A stretch of DNA of 64,000 nucleotides from Acidimicrobiales bacterium (GTDB taxonomy: Bacteria > Actinomycetota > Acidimicrobiia > Acidimicrobiales > JAUJNH01). The notes beneath the pieces were generated by a model, which was not told the DNA's origin, made no database searches, and worked only from the letters and a program-made list of their open reading frames with translations. This document shows positions 12,220 through 21,787 of this stretch, piece by piece. Each line of letters begins with the position of its first letter. Within the stretch, counting starts at the first letter, position 1. The position numbers and the translations under genes were made by a program. The stretch covers positions 1,221 to 65,220 of the forward strand of contig JBBSKY010000006.1 of NCBI GenBank assembly GCA_038255915.1, written 5' to 3'.

Positions 12220-12990
12220 TCACTGGAGGAGGAGGGTGATGACGGTGACCGCGTTGAAGGCGGCGTGGGCCACGATGGCGCCGGCCAGCCTCCCGGTGCG
12301 GTGGACCAGGAGGCACAGCGCGGCCCCGAAGAGGCCGAGCAGGCCGAGCTGCATGGCCACCACGGCGGCGGGGACGGGGGCGGGGTCGAAGTGGACCAGC
12401 CCGAACACAGCACCGGCGCAGAGCACCGAGACGGCCAGGCCGGTGACCCGGTGCAACGACCGGAAGAGCAGGCCACGGAAGAAGATCTCCTCGGCGAGCG
12501 GGGTGAGCACGCACAGCACGATGACGAGCACGACGGCCGCCCCCGGCCCGGATGCCCGGTCGACGGTGGTGCGGGCCTTGCTCTCGAGGTCGTCCTGTTG
12601 GCCGGCGTCGAGGACGAGCGACGAGGCCAAAGCGGCGACGATGGTGGACCCGAGGCCGACAGCCAGCCCGAGCGGGAGGTCGACCCAGCGGGCCCGCAGG
12701 CCGAGCAGCTGCGTCGGGCCGCCGTGGCGGCGCGACCACAGGACGGGCAGAGCGAGGAAGCCGACCCACAGGCCCAACGACGTGGCCACCGAGAAGCCCA
12801 GCTCGTTCTGGGCCTCAGCCGGGCCCAGGCCCCGGGCCGACGTCCACGCCACCCCGATGAGCGAAGCGGCGAACAGGCCGATCAGGAAGGCGAAAGCCGC
12901 CACACAGATCCCGGTCCAGCCGAGCATCCGCTCGGACCGGTCGCGCTCGGTCGGTACGTCGTGCGGCGCGACATCGCTGGGCGCGGCCAT
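12220..12990 (-). CDS. CPBP-family intramembrane metalloprotease (CAAX protease-like)
   Basis: Start ATG 12990. Multi-TM protein with CPBP motifs EEIFFRGLLF, FGLVH and HAAFNA. Confidence 0.75.
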   Translation of the reverse strand: MAAPSDVAPHDVPTERDRSERMLGWTGICVAAFAFLIGLFAASLIGVAWTSARGLGPAEAQNELGFSVATSLGLWVGFLALPVLWSRRHGGPTQLLGLRARWVDLPLGLAVGLGSTIVAALASSLVLDAGQQDDLESKARTTVDRASGPGAAVVLVIVLCVLTPLAEEIFFRGLLFRSLHRVTGLAVSVLCAGAVFGLVHFDPAPVPAAVVAMQLGLLGLFGAALCLLVHRTGRLAGAIVAHAAFNAVTVITLLLQ

Positions 12991-13024
12991 GGCGGTCAGC
13001 GTAGGAGGCTCGGGTCGGGAAGGC

Positions 13025-13246
13025 TCAGGAGGCCAGCAGGGCCCGGGCCGGTCGCGGCGTGCGCCGGTCGACCAGGGTCCAGCCGTTCGGCGGGCGCAGA
13101 CGGTCGGCGTGACCGGCGCACAGCGACCAGCCGCCGTCGCCGCCCGGATCGTCGACCCACGCCATGGCCCCGGCGTGGTCGTAGGTGAGCCTGGCGGCGG
13201 CGGGGCCGCCACAGCCGGGCTTGCAGCACCGCATCGAGTCGGCCAC
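13025..13246 (-). CDS. DUF3499-like small Cys-rich protein
   Basis: MRCCKPGCGGPAAARLTYDHAG...SLCAGHADRLRPPNGWTLVD matches the DUF3499 layout found beside manB in actinobacteria. The start is ambiguous: GTG 13246, ATG 13234, or the ORF-track GTG 13330. Confidence 0.6.
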   Translation of the reverse strand: MADSMRCCKPGCGGPAAARLTYDHAGAMAWVDDPGGDGGWSLCAGHADRLRPPNGWTLVDRRTPRPARALLAS

Positions 13247-13343
13247 GAAGCAACGATAGGCCCCGGCCTGGCCGTCGTCGCGGATGGCGCGAAGCGGGTC
13301 GGGCAGGCCCTGAGCTCTCCTGGCGGCCACCTAACATCGCGCC

Positions 13344-15398
13344 GTGGCCCGAGTCCCCAACGACCTGCGGCCGGGCCGGCCCCCCCAGCCGCCCGGAAGC
13401 GGCTCGTCAGGCCGATGGCGCTGGGTGGCGATCGCCGTGGGCGTGCTCGTGGCCGTCGCCCTGCTCCTGCTCCGTGGTGGTGGCGGGCCCGACCAGCGCG
13501 AGATCGGCTACTCAGAGCTGCTCGGGCGGCTGGTGCCCGAGCGGCAGGTGACCGAGGCGGTCATCAGCAACGGAACCGGGCGCATCACGGGCACGCTGGC
13601 CAACGGCACCCGGTTCTCGAGCGAAGGGCCCCAGCCGGCCATCGACGGGGACGTGAAGGCCCTGCGCGACGCCGGCGCCGACGTCTTGTTCCGCACCCCC
13701 ACCGCCAACCCGCTGCTGTCGTTCCTGCCCCTGCTTCTGATGGTGGCCGCGGTGATCGGGTTCTCGGTGTGGATGGGGCGGCGGGCCCAGAGCCAGATGG
13801 GCGGGGTGATGTCCATCGGCAAGAGCCGGGCCAAGGTGTACTCGACCGAGCGGCCCAAGACGACCTTCGCCGACGTGGCCGGCTATGCCGGGGTCAAGCA
13901 GGAGATCACCGAGGTCGTCGACTTCCTGCGCAGCTCGGCCACGTTCGCACAGATCGGGGCCAAGATCCCGAAGGGGGTCCTGCTCGTGGGCCCCCCCGGC
14001 ACGGGCAAGACGCTGCTCGCCCGGGCCGTGGCCGGCGAAGCCGGGGTGCCCTTCCTGTCAGTCACCGGGTCCGACTTCATGGAGATGTTCGTCGGCGTGG
14101 GCGCCTCCCGGGTACGCGACCTGTTCGCCACCGCCCGCAAGCAGGCCCCCTCCATCATCTTCCTCGACGAGATCGACTCCATCGGCCGCAAGCGGGGAGC
14201 GGGGGTCGGCGGCGGCCACGACGAGCGCGAGCAGACCCTGAACCAGATGCTGTCGGAGATGGACGGGTTCGAGACCTCCGAGGGCGTGGTGATCCTGGCC
14301 GCCACCAACCGGCCCGACGTGCTCGACCCGGCCCTGCTGCGGCCCGGGCGCTTCGACCGCCAGATCCTGGTGCCCCTCCCCGACCTCTCCGAGCGGCTGC
14401 CCATCCTCCAGGTCCACAGCAAGGGCACCCGCATCGGTCCCGATGTCGACCTCGCCGTGGTGGCTCGCGGCACCCCCGGGATGGCTGGCGCCGACCTGGC
14501 CAACCTGGTGAACGAGGCGGCCCTGCAGGCCGTTCGGCGGGGTGCCACCGAGGTGGCGATGGCCGACTTCGAGGCCGCCCGCGACCGGGTGCTGATGGGC
14601 CAGCGCCGCGAGTCGGTGATGCTGAGCGACAAGGAGAAGGAGGCCACTGCCTTCCACGAGGGTGGCCACGCCGTGACCGCCTACGTGCTCGTCGAGGCCG
14701 ACCCGGTGCACAAGGTCACGATCCTGCCGACCGGCATGGCCCTGGGCGCCACCCAGCAGCTGCCGATCGAGGAGCGCCACACCTACTGGCGCGAGTACCT
14801 CGAAGACTCCCTGGCGGTGATGATGGGCGGCCGGTGCGCCGAGCGGCTGGTCATCGGGTCCCTCTCGACCGGGGCGGGCAACGACCTTCAGCGGGCCACC
14901 GAGATGGCCCGGCGCATGGTGCGCGAGTTCGGCATGAGCGAGCGGATCGGGCCGATGGCCTGGGGCCCGAACGACCAGGTGTTCCTGGGCGAGGACCTGC
15001 TGCACTCCAAGGACTACTCCGACGACACCAGCCGGGTGATCGACCAGGAGGTCGAGCGGATCCTGCGAGCCGCCGAGGAGCGGGCCATGCAGCTGCTGGG
15101 CGAGCACCGCGCCGGGCTCGACGCCGTCGCCGCCGCCCTCCTCGCCAGGGAGACGATCACCGGGGCGGAGGTGGGCCGCCTGGTCGACGCCGCCGCCGGT
15201 CGCCCCATCCACCCCACCGGACCCAAGTCGGCGCCTGTCCCGACGTTCTCACCAAGCCCGCCTGCGCCCAACGGCGCAGGCCCCAAGCCCGGGACCGGTC
15301 CGGGCTACCCAACCCCGGCCCAAGCCCCGGCCCCCCTCGGCCGCCCCCACGGCCCCTACGACGCCGAGCGCGACCCCGCCTGGCCGGCGCCGACCTGA
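13344..15398 (+). CDS. ftsH: ATP-dependent zinc metalloprotease FtsH
   Basis: 684 aa. N-terminal TM segments, Walker [23 protein letters not shown], Walker B IIFLDEID, zinc site HEGGHAV. Confidence 0.95.
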   Translation: MARVPNDLRPGRPPQPPGSGSSGRWRWVAIAVGVLVAVALLLLRGGGGPDQREIGYSELLGRLVPERQVTEAVISNGTGRITGTLANGTRFSSEGPQPAIDGDVKALRDAGADVLFRTPTANPLLSFLPLLLMVAAVIGFSVWMGRRAQSQMGGVMSIGKSRAKVYSTERPKTTFADVAGYAGVKQEITEVVDFLRSSATFAQIGAKIPKGVLLVGPPGTGKTLLARAVAGEAGVPFLSVTGSDFMEMFVGVGASRVRDLFATARKQAPSIIFLDEIDSIGRKRGAGVGGGHDEREQTLNQMLSEMDGFETSEGVVILAATNRPDVLDPALLRPGRFDRQILVPLPDLSERLPILQVHSKGTRIGPDVDLAVVARGTPGMAGADLANLVNEAALQAVRRGATEVAMADFEAARDRVLMGQRRESVMLSDKEKEATAFHEGGHAVTAYVLVEADPVHKVTILPTGMALGATQQLPIEERHTYWREYLEDSLAVMMGGRCAERLVIGSLSTGAGNDLQRATEMARRMVREFGMSERIGPMAWGPNDQVFLGEDLLHSKDYSDDTSRVIDQEVERILRAAEERAMQLLGEHRAGLDAVAAALLARETITGAEVGRLVDAAAGRPIHPTGPKSAPVPTFSPSPPAPNGAGPKPGTGPGYPTPAQAPAPLGRPHGPYDAERDPAWPAPT

Positions 15399-15432
15399 GA
15401 GCTTGTAGAGGGCGAACCCATCGCGAACCCGA

Positions 15433-15930
15433 TCACCCCTCGCGGGCTTCGGCGACGGCGGCCCACAGGTCGGTGGCGGTGACCTCGCGGCCGACGAAGC
15501 CGTAGCGGACGACGCCGTCCTCGTCGGCCAGCACGAAGCAGGGCACGGCCTCGATGCCGTAGCGCTCGTGGAGCGCCTTCTCCTCCTGCCAGGCCACCAC
15601 CGTGACAGCGACGCTCGGGGAGGCCAACGGCCGGATCATCTGCTCGATCCGGCCGCACGAGTCGCAGGTGGCCGAGGTGAACAGGGTGGCCAGCCAGGGG
15701 ACCTCCGCCCCCTCGAAGTCACTTCGGTCGAGCTGGGCGGGCATGGGCCAACGCCGGGGCTGAGACGGCGCGTCGGACCGCTGGCGTCGCCCCACCACGA
15801 GCGCCACCACCGCCACCACCGCCACGAGCACCGCGGCCACCACCAGACGTTCCACGGCGCCTCTTCTGGCGGGCTCAGCGCCGCCCGAGGGCGACGGCCA
15901 CGGTGCCGCCCTGGGTGGGGGCGCCGTCAC
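15433..15930 (-). CDS. Membrane-anchored thioredoxin-fold protein (CxxC)
   Basis: One N-terminal TM (LVVAAVLVAVVAVVALVV), then WLATLFTSATCDSCGRIEQ...AVPCFVLADEDG, a thioredoxin-like fold. An alternative start at GTG 15855 would remove the overlap with the upstream gene. Confidence 0.55.
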   Translation of the reverse strand: MTAPPPRAAPWPSPSGGAEPARRGAVERLVVAAVLVAVVAVVALVVGRRQRSDAPSQPRRWPMPAQLDRSDFEGAEVPWLATLFTSATCDSCGRIEQMIRPLASPSVAVTVVAWQEEKALHERYGIEAVPCFVLADEDGVVRYGFVGREVTATDLWAAVAEAREG

Positions 15931-17266
15931 CGCTGTCCCGCTCGACGACCAGCAGCTGGGTGGACTCGACGAGGACGGCGTTGCCCTTGGCCGCCGGCTT
16001 GTCGTCGAGCCGGAGGCTGCCCCGCACGCCGGGCTCGATGCGCAGGGGCTCGCCCGGCAGGGGGACGCCGTCGCCGTCGAGGGGGGTGACGGTGATCTCG
16101 GCCAGCCCGTCGCCGGCGTTGTAGATGGCCAGGGCGTCCTGGCCGGGGCCGACCGCCGCCGCCACCCAGGCCCGGTCGGGCGTGGTCGCGCCCAGCACGT
16201 CGCTGCGGTCGGACCGCCCCTCGGTGGAGCGCTCGACGATGATCGGCACCTCCTCGAGGGACCGGGCGGCGATCGAGTAGGGCACGCCCTTCGGGACCCG
16301 GGCGTCGTCGAGGTTCAGCTCGGCTCGGTCCTGGGCAGCCACGGTGAGGGTGAAGGGCTCGACGGCGCCCTCCTTCAGGCGCAGCTCGACGCTGACCTCG
16401 GCGTCGCGGTCCGAGGGGTTGGCCACCACCAGCCGGTTGGTGACGCCGTCGGCCCGCACCCCGCCGGGCAGGTACCAGGTGGGGGCCGCCGCCTGGGCGG
16501 CCAGCGCCGTGCTGGAGCCGCCGCCCTTGCGGAAGTTGCGGCCGACGACCAGGCGGCCGCGGCGGGCCACGACCTCGGCAGACACACCGTCGCGGCGGCG
16601 CACGTGCTCGCCGATGTCGATCACCCGCACCGAGCGGCCCGGCACCACGAGACCCTGGAGGTCGCCGGGCACGGCGCGGCCCTGGTCGCTGGAGAAGGCC
16701 AGGCTGACGATGGCTTCGTCGGGGAAGGGGTTCAGCAGGCTGAGCACCAGCGAGGAGCCCTGCGCGGTGGAGCCGACCGCGGTGAACCAGGTGTCGCTGG
16801 CGCCGGACGCGCACGGGCCGATGGCCGAGCCCTCCTGGGTCTTGATGGCCTGTTGGGCCACCAGCCCGCCGGGGGCGACGATGGTGGCGCCGGCCGGGGT
16901 GGAGCCGCCGAGCAGCTCGTTCAGGCGGACGTTTGTGGAGCCGAGGGCCGGCACGTCGATGCGGCGCTCGACGGGGTCGGCCTGGCCGGCGACGGGGAGG
17001 GCGGTGACCCGGGCGGCGAGGGGGCGGGCGGTGGTGTTGGCCAGGGCCACGGTGACGTCGGCCTGATCGACGCGGCCCAGGGGCCCGCCGGGGCAGTACC
17101 AGGCGCTCGAGCCGACGTCGGGCCCGGCCATGGTCGGCCCCGAGGCCGGCGCGGCCGCCTCGCGGGCGGCGGGGCGGGCGGGTCGGTCGAGGCTGTCGAT
17201 GGCCACACCGGCCCCGAGGGTGGCGAGGACGACGCCCACGGCCAGGAGGCGCTGGCCGGCGATCAC
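15875..17266 (-). CDS. DUF5719-like secreted or membrane-anchored protein
   Basis: 463 aa. N-terminal TM/signal anchor, then a beta-rich sequence. The GTGA overlap with the upstream giant GT2 gene matches the conserved actinobacterial GT2/DUF5719 pairing as I remember it. Confidence 0.5.
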   Translation of the reverse strand: MIAGQRLLAVGVVLATLGAGVAIDSLDRPARPAAREAAAPASGPTMAGPDVGSSAWYCPGGPLGRVDQADVTVALANTTARPLAARVTALPVAGQADPVERRIDVPALGSTNVRLNELLGGSTPAGATIVAPGGLVAQQAIKTQEGSAIGPCASGASDTWFTAVGSTAQGSSLVLSLLNPFPDEAIVSLAFSSDQGRAVPGDLQGLVVPGRSVRVIDIGEHVRRRDGVSAEVVARRGRLVVGRNFRKGGGSSTALAAQAAAPTWYLPGGVRADGVTNRLVVANPSDRDAEVSVELRLKEGAVEPFTLTVAAQDRAELNLDDARVPKGVPYSIAARSLEEVPIIVERSTEGRSDRSDVLGATTPDRAWVAAAVGPGQDALAIYNAGDGLAEITVTPLDGDGVPLPGEPLRIEPGVRGSLRLDDKPAAKGNAVLVESTQLLVVERDSGDGAPTQGGTVAVALGRR

Positions 17267-20200
17267 CGGACGCCGCCCTCAGGGTGCTCCCGATCGTCGG
17301 CGGCAGCCGCCCCATCCGGATCGCCGGCGTCGTCCCAGTCGTCAGCGTCGTCCTCGAGGTGCCCCGGGTCGCTGGCGTCGCGGGCGTCGTCCCAGGCCCC
17401 CACGTCGTCCCAGGCGTGCATCTCCTCACGGGCCGGCACGGCGTCCCCGGCCTCCATCTCTTCCCAGCCGGCCACGTCGTCCCGGGCGCTCAGGTCGTCC
17501 CGGGCGCTCAGGTCGTCCCGGGCGCTCACGTCGTCCAGGTCGTCCAGGTCGTCCAGGTCGTCCAAGAGGTCGTGGTCGTCGGCTGGGCCCTCGTCGCCCG
17601 GATCGTCGGCGGCCTCAGAGCGATCCTCGTCGGTCACGTCGTCCGGCGAGGGGGTGGCGAGCCCCGGCCTCCCCTGCGGCAGCGGGCCGCCGAACGTGGA
17701 TCGCGCCCCGCCGGCGGCCATCACCCCCGCACCGCCGACGGGATCGAGCAGCACCACGCCCGCGCCCTCCGGGCGGGGCGGCATCGGAGGGGAGCCCGGG
17801 GTCCGAAGGTGGCGGGCCCGTCCCCTGGGCAGGGAGCCGCCGGTCACCAGCACGAGCGCGGCCAGCCACAGCAGGGCCTGCACGAGGACGGCCAGGCGGT
17901 GGAGCAGCGGAGTGCGCAGCTGCAGCGTGGCGGCGCCGGGGGCGGCGACGGTGAAGCCGACCACGCCGAAGGCCGGGTGCTGCTCTGCCGACCGCCCGTC
18001 GGCCTTCAGCTGCCACCCGCTGCTCGGCGCCTCGGCCACCAGGACCTCGCCGGCCTGCACCTCGCCCTGGAAGCGGGCCGACCCAGGCTTGGTGGGGTCG
18101 AGCACCGGCTCGGCGCCGCTGAGGTCGACGGTGGCCACGTCGGCCTTCTTGTCACGGGCGGCGCCGGCGGCCTCGGCCGGCAGCTGGGACCGTACCGGGG
18201 CCCAGGCCGCGTTCTCGAAGACGAGCAGCGAGGCGTTGGTGTCGATCTGGCGGAGGTCGACCTGGGCCCGGAGGGCGGCCGGGAGGTCGGCGGGCACCGG
18301 CCGCTCGGGAGCGTCGACCGGTGCTGCCCGCAGCGGGATCACCAGGTAGCGCACGCCGAGGGGGGCGAGGCGGTGGCCGAGGTCGACCACGTCGTTGCTG
18401 CGGGCACTGCGCACCGGGTCGATCAGCCGTTCGTCGATGCCCCGCTGGGGCCCGGCCCACTGGTCGGCGGCCGTGGGCGGACCGTTCCGCGAGGTGGCGT
18501 AGGCCAGCCCGTCGCCCAGGTGCCACCCGGTGAGGGGCAGGGCGGCCGGATCGCCGATCCACAGCACCCGGAAGGCGCCCTCGCCCACCTTGTCCGACAT
18601 CCACGAGAGGACATCGGCGTGGTCGCGGGCCGGCGCCCCCCAGCGCCCGCTGTGCACGCCGAGGAGCATCGGGAGGCAGGCGAGGGCCACGGCGGCGGCG
18701 GCGGCGAGGGAGGCCAGCTGGCGCCAGCCGAAGGAGAAGCCCCGCAGGTCGACCTCGAAGGCGGCGGCGCCGAGGGCGATGGCCAGCGCCACCGGGGCGG
18801 CGGCGAAGGGGAGCAGCACCCCGGGCTCGAGGCCGGTGAGACCGAGCCAGCCCCGGCCGCCCACGAGGGCGACGGTGAAGCAGGCCAGGGCCACGGCCCA
18901 GCACCGGGCCGCCCAGGCTGCCCGCCACGAGCGGCCGGTGGTCAGCGGGAGCAGGGCGGCGAGGAGGAGCAGCAGGGGCAGCGGCCCGATGGGCAGCGGG
19001 CCGGTGGAGAAGCGGAGGAGGTCGAAGGCCCGGGGGGCGTCGGCCAGGGGTCCGGCGGGGCCCGACAGGGCCGACCACTGGCCGGCCCGCAGAAGGCTGA
19101 GGCTCCAGGGCGACAGCAGCACCAGGGCCCCGAGGGCCCCGAGGGCGGCGGTGCGGACGGCCCGGATGACGCCCACCGCCTCGCCGGCGATGGCCACGCT
19201 GGCCAGGAGACCCAGGGCGGCGACGGCGGCGGCAGGCAAGAGCGCGGGGGCCAGCGCCGTGCCGAGGGCCAGGAGGACGGCCAGGGCGGCGATCTGCTGG
19301 AGGCGGGTGCGCCGGGGCGCGGGCGGGGGCTCGAGGCGGCGGACGGCCCGGCCCCGGTGGTGGACCCGGACCCGGGCGAGGTCGTCGAGGTCGACGTCGT
19401 CGTCGAAGGCGCCCATCTCGTCGAGAGCGTGCTGGGCTCCCACCTCGGTGAGCGCCTCGCCGCTGGTCCAACCGAGCTCGGGGGCCTGGACGGGGGGGGC
19501 GTCGAGGCCCTCGAGCTCGCCGGGGGCGAAGGGCTCGAACGGCAGGGCCCCCCCGGCGCCGACCAGGACCGGGACCTGGGCCGGCCGGTTGGCCTCGGTC
19601 CGACGGCGGGCCCGCCGGGCGGCCCGGGCCAGCCCGACGTCGGCCGTGCCGCCGTCCTCGGCCGGTGCGTCGGCGCCGAAGGGGGCCAGACCGGTGGCCC
19701 GGAACAGGCGTAGGAGCAGCCACGGAGCCAGTCCGTAGGCCACCAGGCCGGCCAGCCGCCCCCGGGCCAGGGCGTCGGGCCACAGCGGTACCGCGGCGTA
19801 GGCGATGGCTGAGGCGGCGGTGGCCCGGCCGCTGCCGAGCGGTCGGGCCAGGCGGGCGGCACCGACGATGCCGGCGACCAGGGAGCCGAACACCACCAGC
19901 GTGCCCACCAGCCCGGTGGCGCCGAGCAGGGCGACGCTGGCCAGCCCAAGGAGGGCGAAGGCGGGCGGGACGGCGCCGAGACCGCCCATGCCGGCCGAGC
20001 GGGCCCCGCCGAGGTAGGTGCGGAGCAGCTGGAGCGGGTCCTCGGGCAGGGCCGCCAGCGAGCCCAGCTGGGGCATCGGCTCGCGCAGCAGGTGGCGGCT
20101 GCCGATCAGGAGCACCAGAGCCAGCGCGCCGAGGGCAAGGATGTGGCGGCGCAGACCGATCGACCACAACCCGGAGGTGCCCTGGCGCAGCAGTTCGGCC

Positions 20201-21267
20201 CCGGTCCGCTCCCCGCCGCTCCCGGCGTCACCTCCGGCCTTGCGCACCAGCGCCCCCAGCCGGCCCCGGCGGGCCACGAGCCGGCGCACCGCCGTCGGGT
20301 CGCCGCCCTTGCGCAGGCCGGCCAGGCGCCGCCGCGAGCCGAGGAGGCTGCCCATCGACCGCAGGTTCGAGGTGAAGGCGCCGAGGGCCAGGCGGGCGTT
20401 GCCCCGACGCCCGAGGGCGACGGCCACGACGGCCTCGGTGACGGCGCTGGCCCCGGCCAGGGCCAGCGTGACCAGGAAGCCGACCGGCGTGGCGGCGACG
20501 AGAGCGGCCCGCAGCCGCAGCTGGAGGTCGAGTCGGCGCACGTCACCGAGGTGGCTGACCCGCTCGCCGTTGGTGAGGGCGGCGCGGTGGCGGACCCGGG
20601 CCCCCGGGGCGGTCATGGTGCGGGCGCCGGCCACCGCGGCCCGCCAGCACAGGTCGAGGTCCTCGGCCCCGAGGACCCCCGCCCGGTCGAACCCACCCAG
20701 ACGTCGGAACAGGTCGGCCCGCACGAGCAGGCAGGCGCCAGGGGCGACCAGGACCTCCCGCTCGGCGTCGTGCTGGCCCTGGTCCACCTCGCCTGGCTCC
20801 ACGATGGCCACCGGCCGCCCGAGCGGGTCGGCCGACTCGCCCACGGCCAACAGCAGCTCGGGGTGGTCCCACGCCACCAGCTTCGGCGTGGTGATGGCGG
20901 CGTTCCCCCGGTAGGCCGCCTCGAGGAGGAGGCGGACGGCGTCGGGGGCGGGGGCGGCGTCGTCGTGGACGAAGAGCAGGTGCGACGCCCCTTTCACGAC
21001 CTTGAGGACCTCGTTGGCGGCGGCGGCGTAGCCCGGGTCCGCGTGCAGGCGGCGGACGAAGGCCGAGGGCACTGCCGCGGCCACCCGGTCGGTGGGGTCG
21101 GTGGTGCTGGCGGCGTCGACGACCAGGATCGACAGGGCCGGGTAGTCCTGGTCGGCGAGGGCGGTGAGCGACTCCTCGAACCACGGCCCTGGGTCACAGA
21201 CCACCATGACAGCCACGACGGGCGGCGCCTCATCCAGCGCCGGCTGCCCGGGGGCGAGGTCGTCCAT
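17263..21267 (-). CDS. Giant GT2 glycosyltransferase fused to a polytopic membrane region, with an acidic repeat tail
   Basis: Start ATG 21267 (MDDLAPGQ...). N-terminal GT-A domain (VVAVMVVCDPGPW..., ILVVDAAS, LLFVHDDAAP, EDLDLCWR), then many hydrophobic segments, a large C-terminal domain, and a D/E/W-rich tail. Confidence 0.75.
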   Translation of the reverse strand: MDDLAPGQPALDEAPPVVAVMVVCDPGPWFEESLTALADQDYPALSILVVDAASTTDPTDRVAAAVPSAFVRRLHADPGYAAAANEVLKVVKGASHLLFVHDDAAPAPDAVRLLLEAAYRGNAAITTPKLVAWDHPELLLAVGESADPLGRPVAIVEPGEVDQGQHDAEREVLVAPGACLLVRADLFRRLGGFDRAGVLGAEDLDLCWRAAVAGARTMTAPGARVRHRAALTNGERVSHLGDVRRLDLQLRLRAALVAATPVGFLVTLALAGASAVTEAVVAVALGRRGNARLALGAFTSNLRSMGSLLGSRRRLAGLRKGGDPTAVRRLVARRGRLGALVRKAGGDAGSGGERTGAELLRQGTSGLWSIGLRRHILALGALALVLLIGSRHLLREPMPQLGSLAALPEDPLQLLRTYLGGARSAGMGGLGAVPPAFALLGLASVALLGATGLVGTLVVFGSLVAGIVGAARLARPLGSGRATAASAIAYAAVPLWPDALARGRLAGLVAYGLAPWLLLRLFRATGLAPFGADAPAEDGGTADVGLARAARRARRRTEANRPAQVPVLVGAGGALPFEPFAPGELEGLDAPPVQAPELGWTSGEALTEVGAQHALDEMGAFDDDVDLDDLARVRVHHRGRAVRRLEPPPAPRRTRLQQIAALAVLLALGTALAPALLPAAAVAALGLLASVAIAGEAVGVIRAVRTAALGALGALVLLSPWSLSLLRAGQWSALSGPAGPLADAPRAFDLLRFSTGPLPIGPLPLLLLLAALLPLTTGRSWRAAWAARCWAVALACFTVALVGGRGWLGLTGLEPGVLLPFAAAPVALAIALGAAAFEVDLRGFSFGWRQLASLAAAAAVALACLPMLLGVHSGRWGAPARDHADVLSWMSDKVGEGAFRVLWIGDPAALPLTGWHLGDGLAYATSRNGPPTAADQWAGPQRGIDERLIDPVRSARSNDVVDLGHRLAPLGVRYLVIPLRAAPVDAPERPVPADLPAALRAQVDLRQIDTNASLLVFENAAWAPVRSQLPAEAAGAARDKKADVATVDLSGAEPVLDPTKPGSARFQGEVQAGEVLVAEAPSSGWQLKADGRSAEQHPAFGVVGFTVAAPGAATLQLRTPLLHRLAVLVQALLWLAALVLVTGGSLPRGRARHLRTPGSPPMPPRPEGAGVVLLDPVGGAGVMAAGGARSTFGGPLPQGRPGLATPSPDDVTDEDRSEAADDPGDEGPADDHDLLDDLDDLDDLDDVSARDDLSARDDLSARDDVAGWEEMEAGDAVPAREEMHAWDDVGAWDDARDASDPGHLEDDADDWDDAGDPDGAAAADDREHPEGGVR
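17476..17565. repeat. In-frame tandem repeats inside the GT2 tail: three 18-bp units followed by four 9-bp units
   Basis: gtcgtcccgggcgctcag at 17476, 17494 and 17512 (the last has 1 mismatch). gtcgtccag at 17530, 17539, 17548 and 17557 (the last has 1 mismatch). They encode SARDDL x3 and DDL x4 on the minus strand. Confidence 0.9.
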
Positions 21268-21351
21268 ACGGGAGGGCGAGGCTAGACCCGGCACCTCGCC
21301 GCCTCGCGGACACCCTCCGGCTCCCCCACCGGCGCCGTCGCCGCCAGGCGC

Positions 21352-21380
21352 TTGCAACGGTTAGCACTTAGCGTTACGGT
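21352..21380 (+). promoter_or_regulatory. Candidate sigma-70-type promoter giving a leaderless transcript of the 21388 gene
   Basis: TTGCAA (21352-21357), a 17-nt spacer, then TACGGT (21375-21380, TANNNT type). The A of the ATG at 21388 lies 7 nt after the -10 element. Locally AT-richer than the surroundings, and there is no Shine-Dalgarno sequence. Confidence 0.35.
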
Positions 21381-21387
21381 TGCACGC

Positions 21388-21768
21388 ATGGATGTGACCC
21401 AGACCCTCAAGGACTCCGCCTACGTCGCCGTCGGCCTCAGCGTGCTCGGCTTCCAGCGCGCCCAGGTGGCCCGGCGTGAGCTGGCCAGCACCGTCGGCGT
21501 CGACCGCGACCGGCTCGAGGCCTCGCTGAAGGCCCAGGTCGAGGACCTCGCCAGCGCGCTCGACGCCCAGCTCATCGAGGTCAGGACCCAGGTGCAGAAG
21601 GCCGTGGCGAACCTCGAGGACGCCCTCGAGCCGGTGGCCAAGGAGCTCGAGGTGCGCTTCGACGACGTCGAGCAGCGGCTCCCGGACCACGTCAAGGCCG
21701 TGGTCGCCTCGGCCCGCCAGGCCGCCGAGACCGCCGCCACCCAGGTGCGCTCGCTCCTCGCCGCCTAG
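21388..21768 (+). CDS. Small all-helical (apolipoprotein/phasin/HbhA-like) protein of unknown function
   Basis: 126 aa from ATG 21388. A hydrophobic N-terminal helix (AYVAVGLSVLGF) is followed by heptad-like charged helices (LEASLKAQVEDLASALDAQLIEVRTQVQKAVANLEDALEPVAKELE). Confidence 0.5.
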   Translation: MDVTQTLKDSAYVAVGLSVLGFQRAQVARRELASTVGVDRDRLEASLKAQVEDLASALDAQLIEVRTQVQKAVANLEDALEPVAKELEVRFDDVEQRLPDHVKAVVASARQAAETAATQVRSLLAA

Positions 21769-21787
21769 GGGCGGCTCCGACCCGGCC

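Noticed and set aside
12152-12769. N-terminal extension of the large membrane-protein ORF, with analogous extensions at 47517-47750, 53286-53993, 61211-61633, 30289-30426 and 53669-55447.
   Set aside because: The extensions are R/P/G-rich and overlap the upstream genes. Each is followed by an internal start that gives a family-typical N-terminus, such as MRL.LDLQ for the GT4s, DAVVLVGGFGTRLRPLT for ManC and VAALCGGVGAARLL for CofD.
11534-15505. 1323-aa plus-strand ORF.
   Set aside because: It is out of frame with ftsH and antisense to the membrane and CPBP genes. It is extremely R/P/G/A-rich. The ftsH frame (13344-15398) carries all the AAA+ and zinc-protease motifs.
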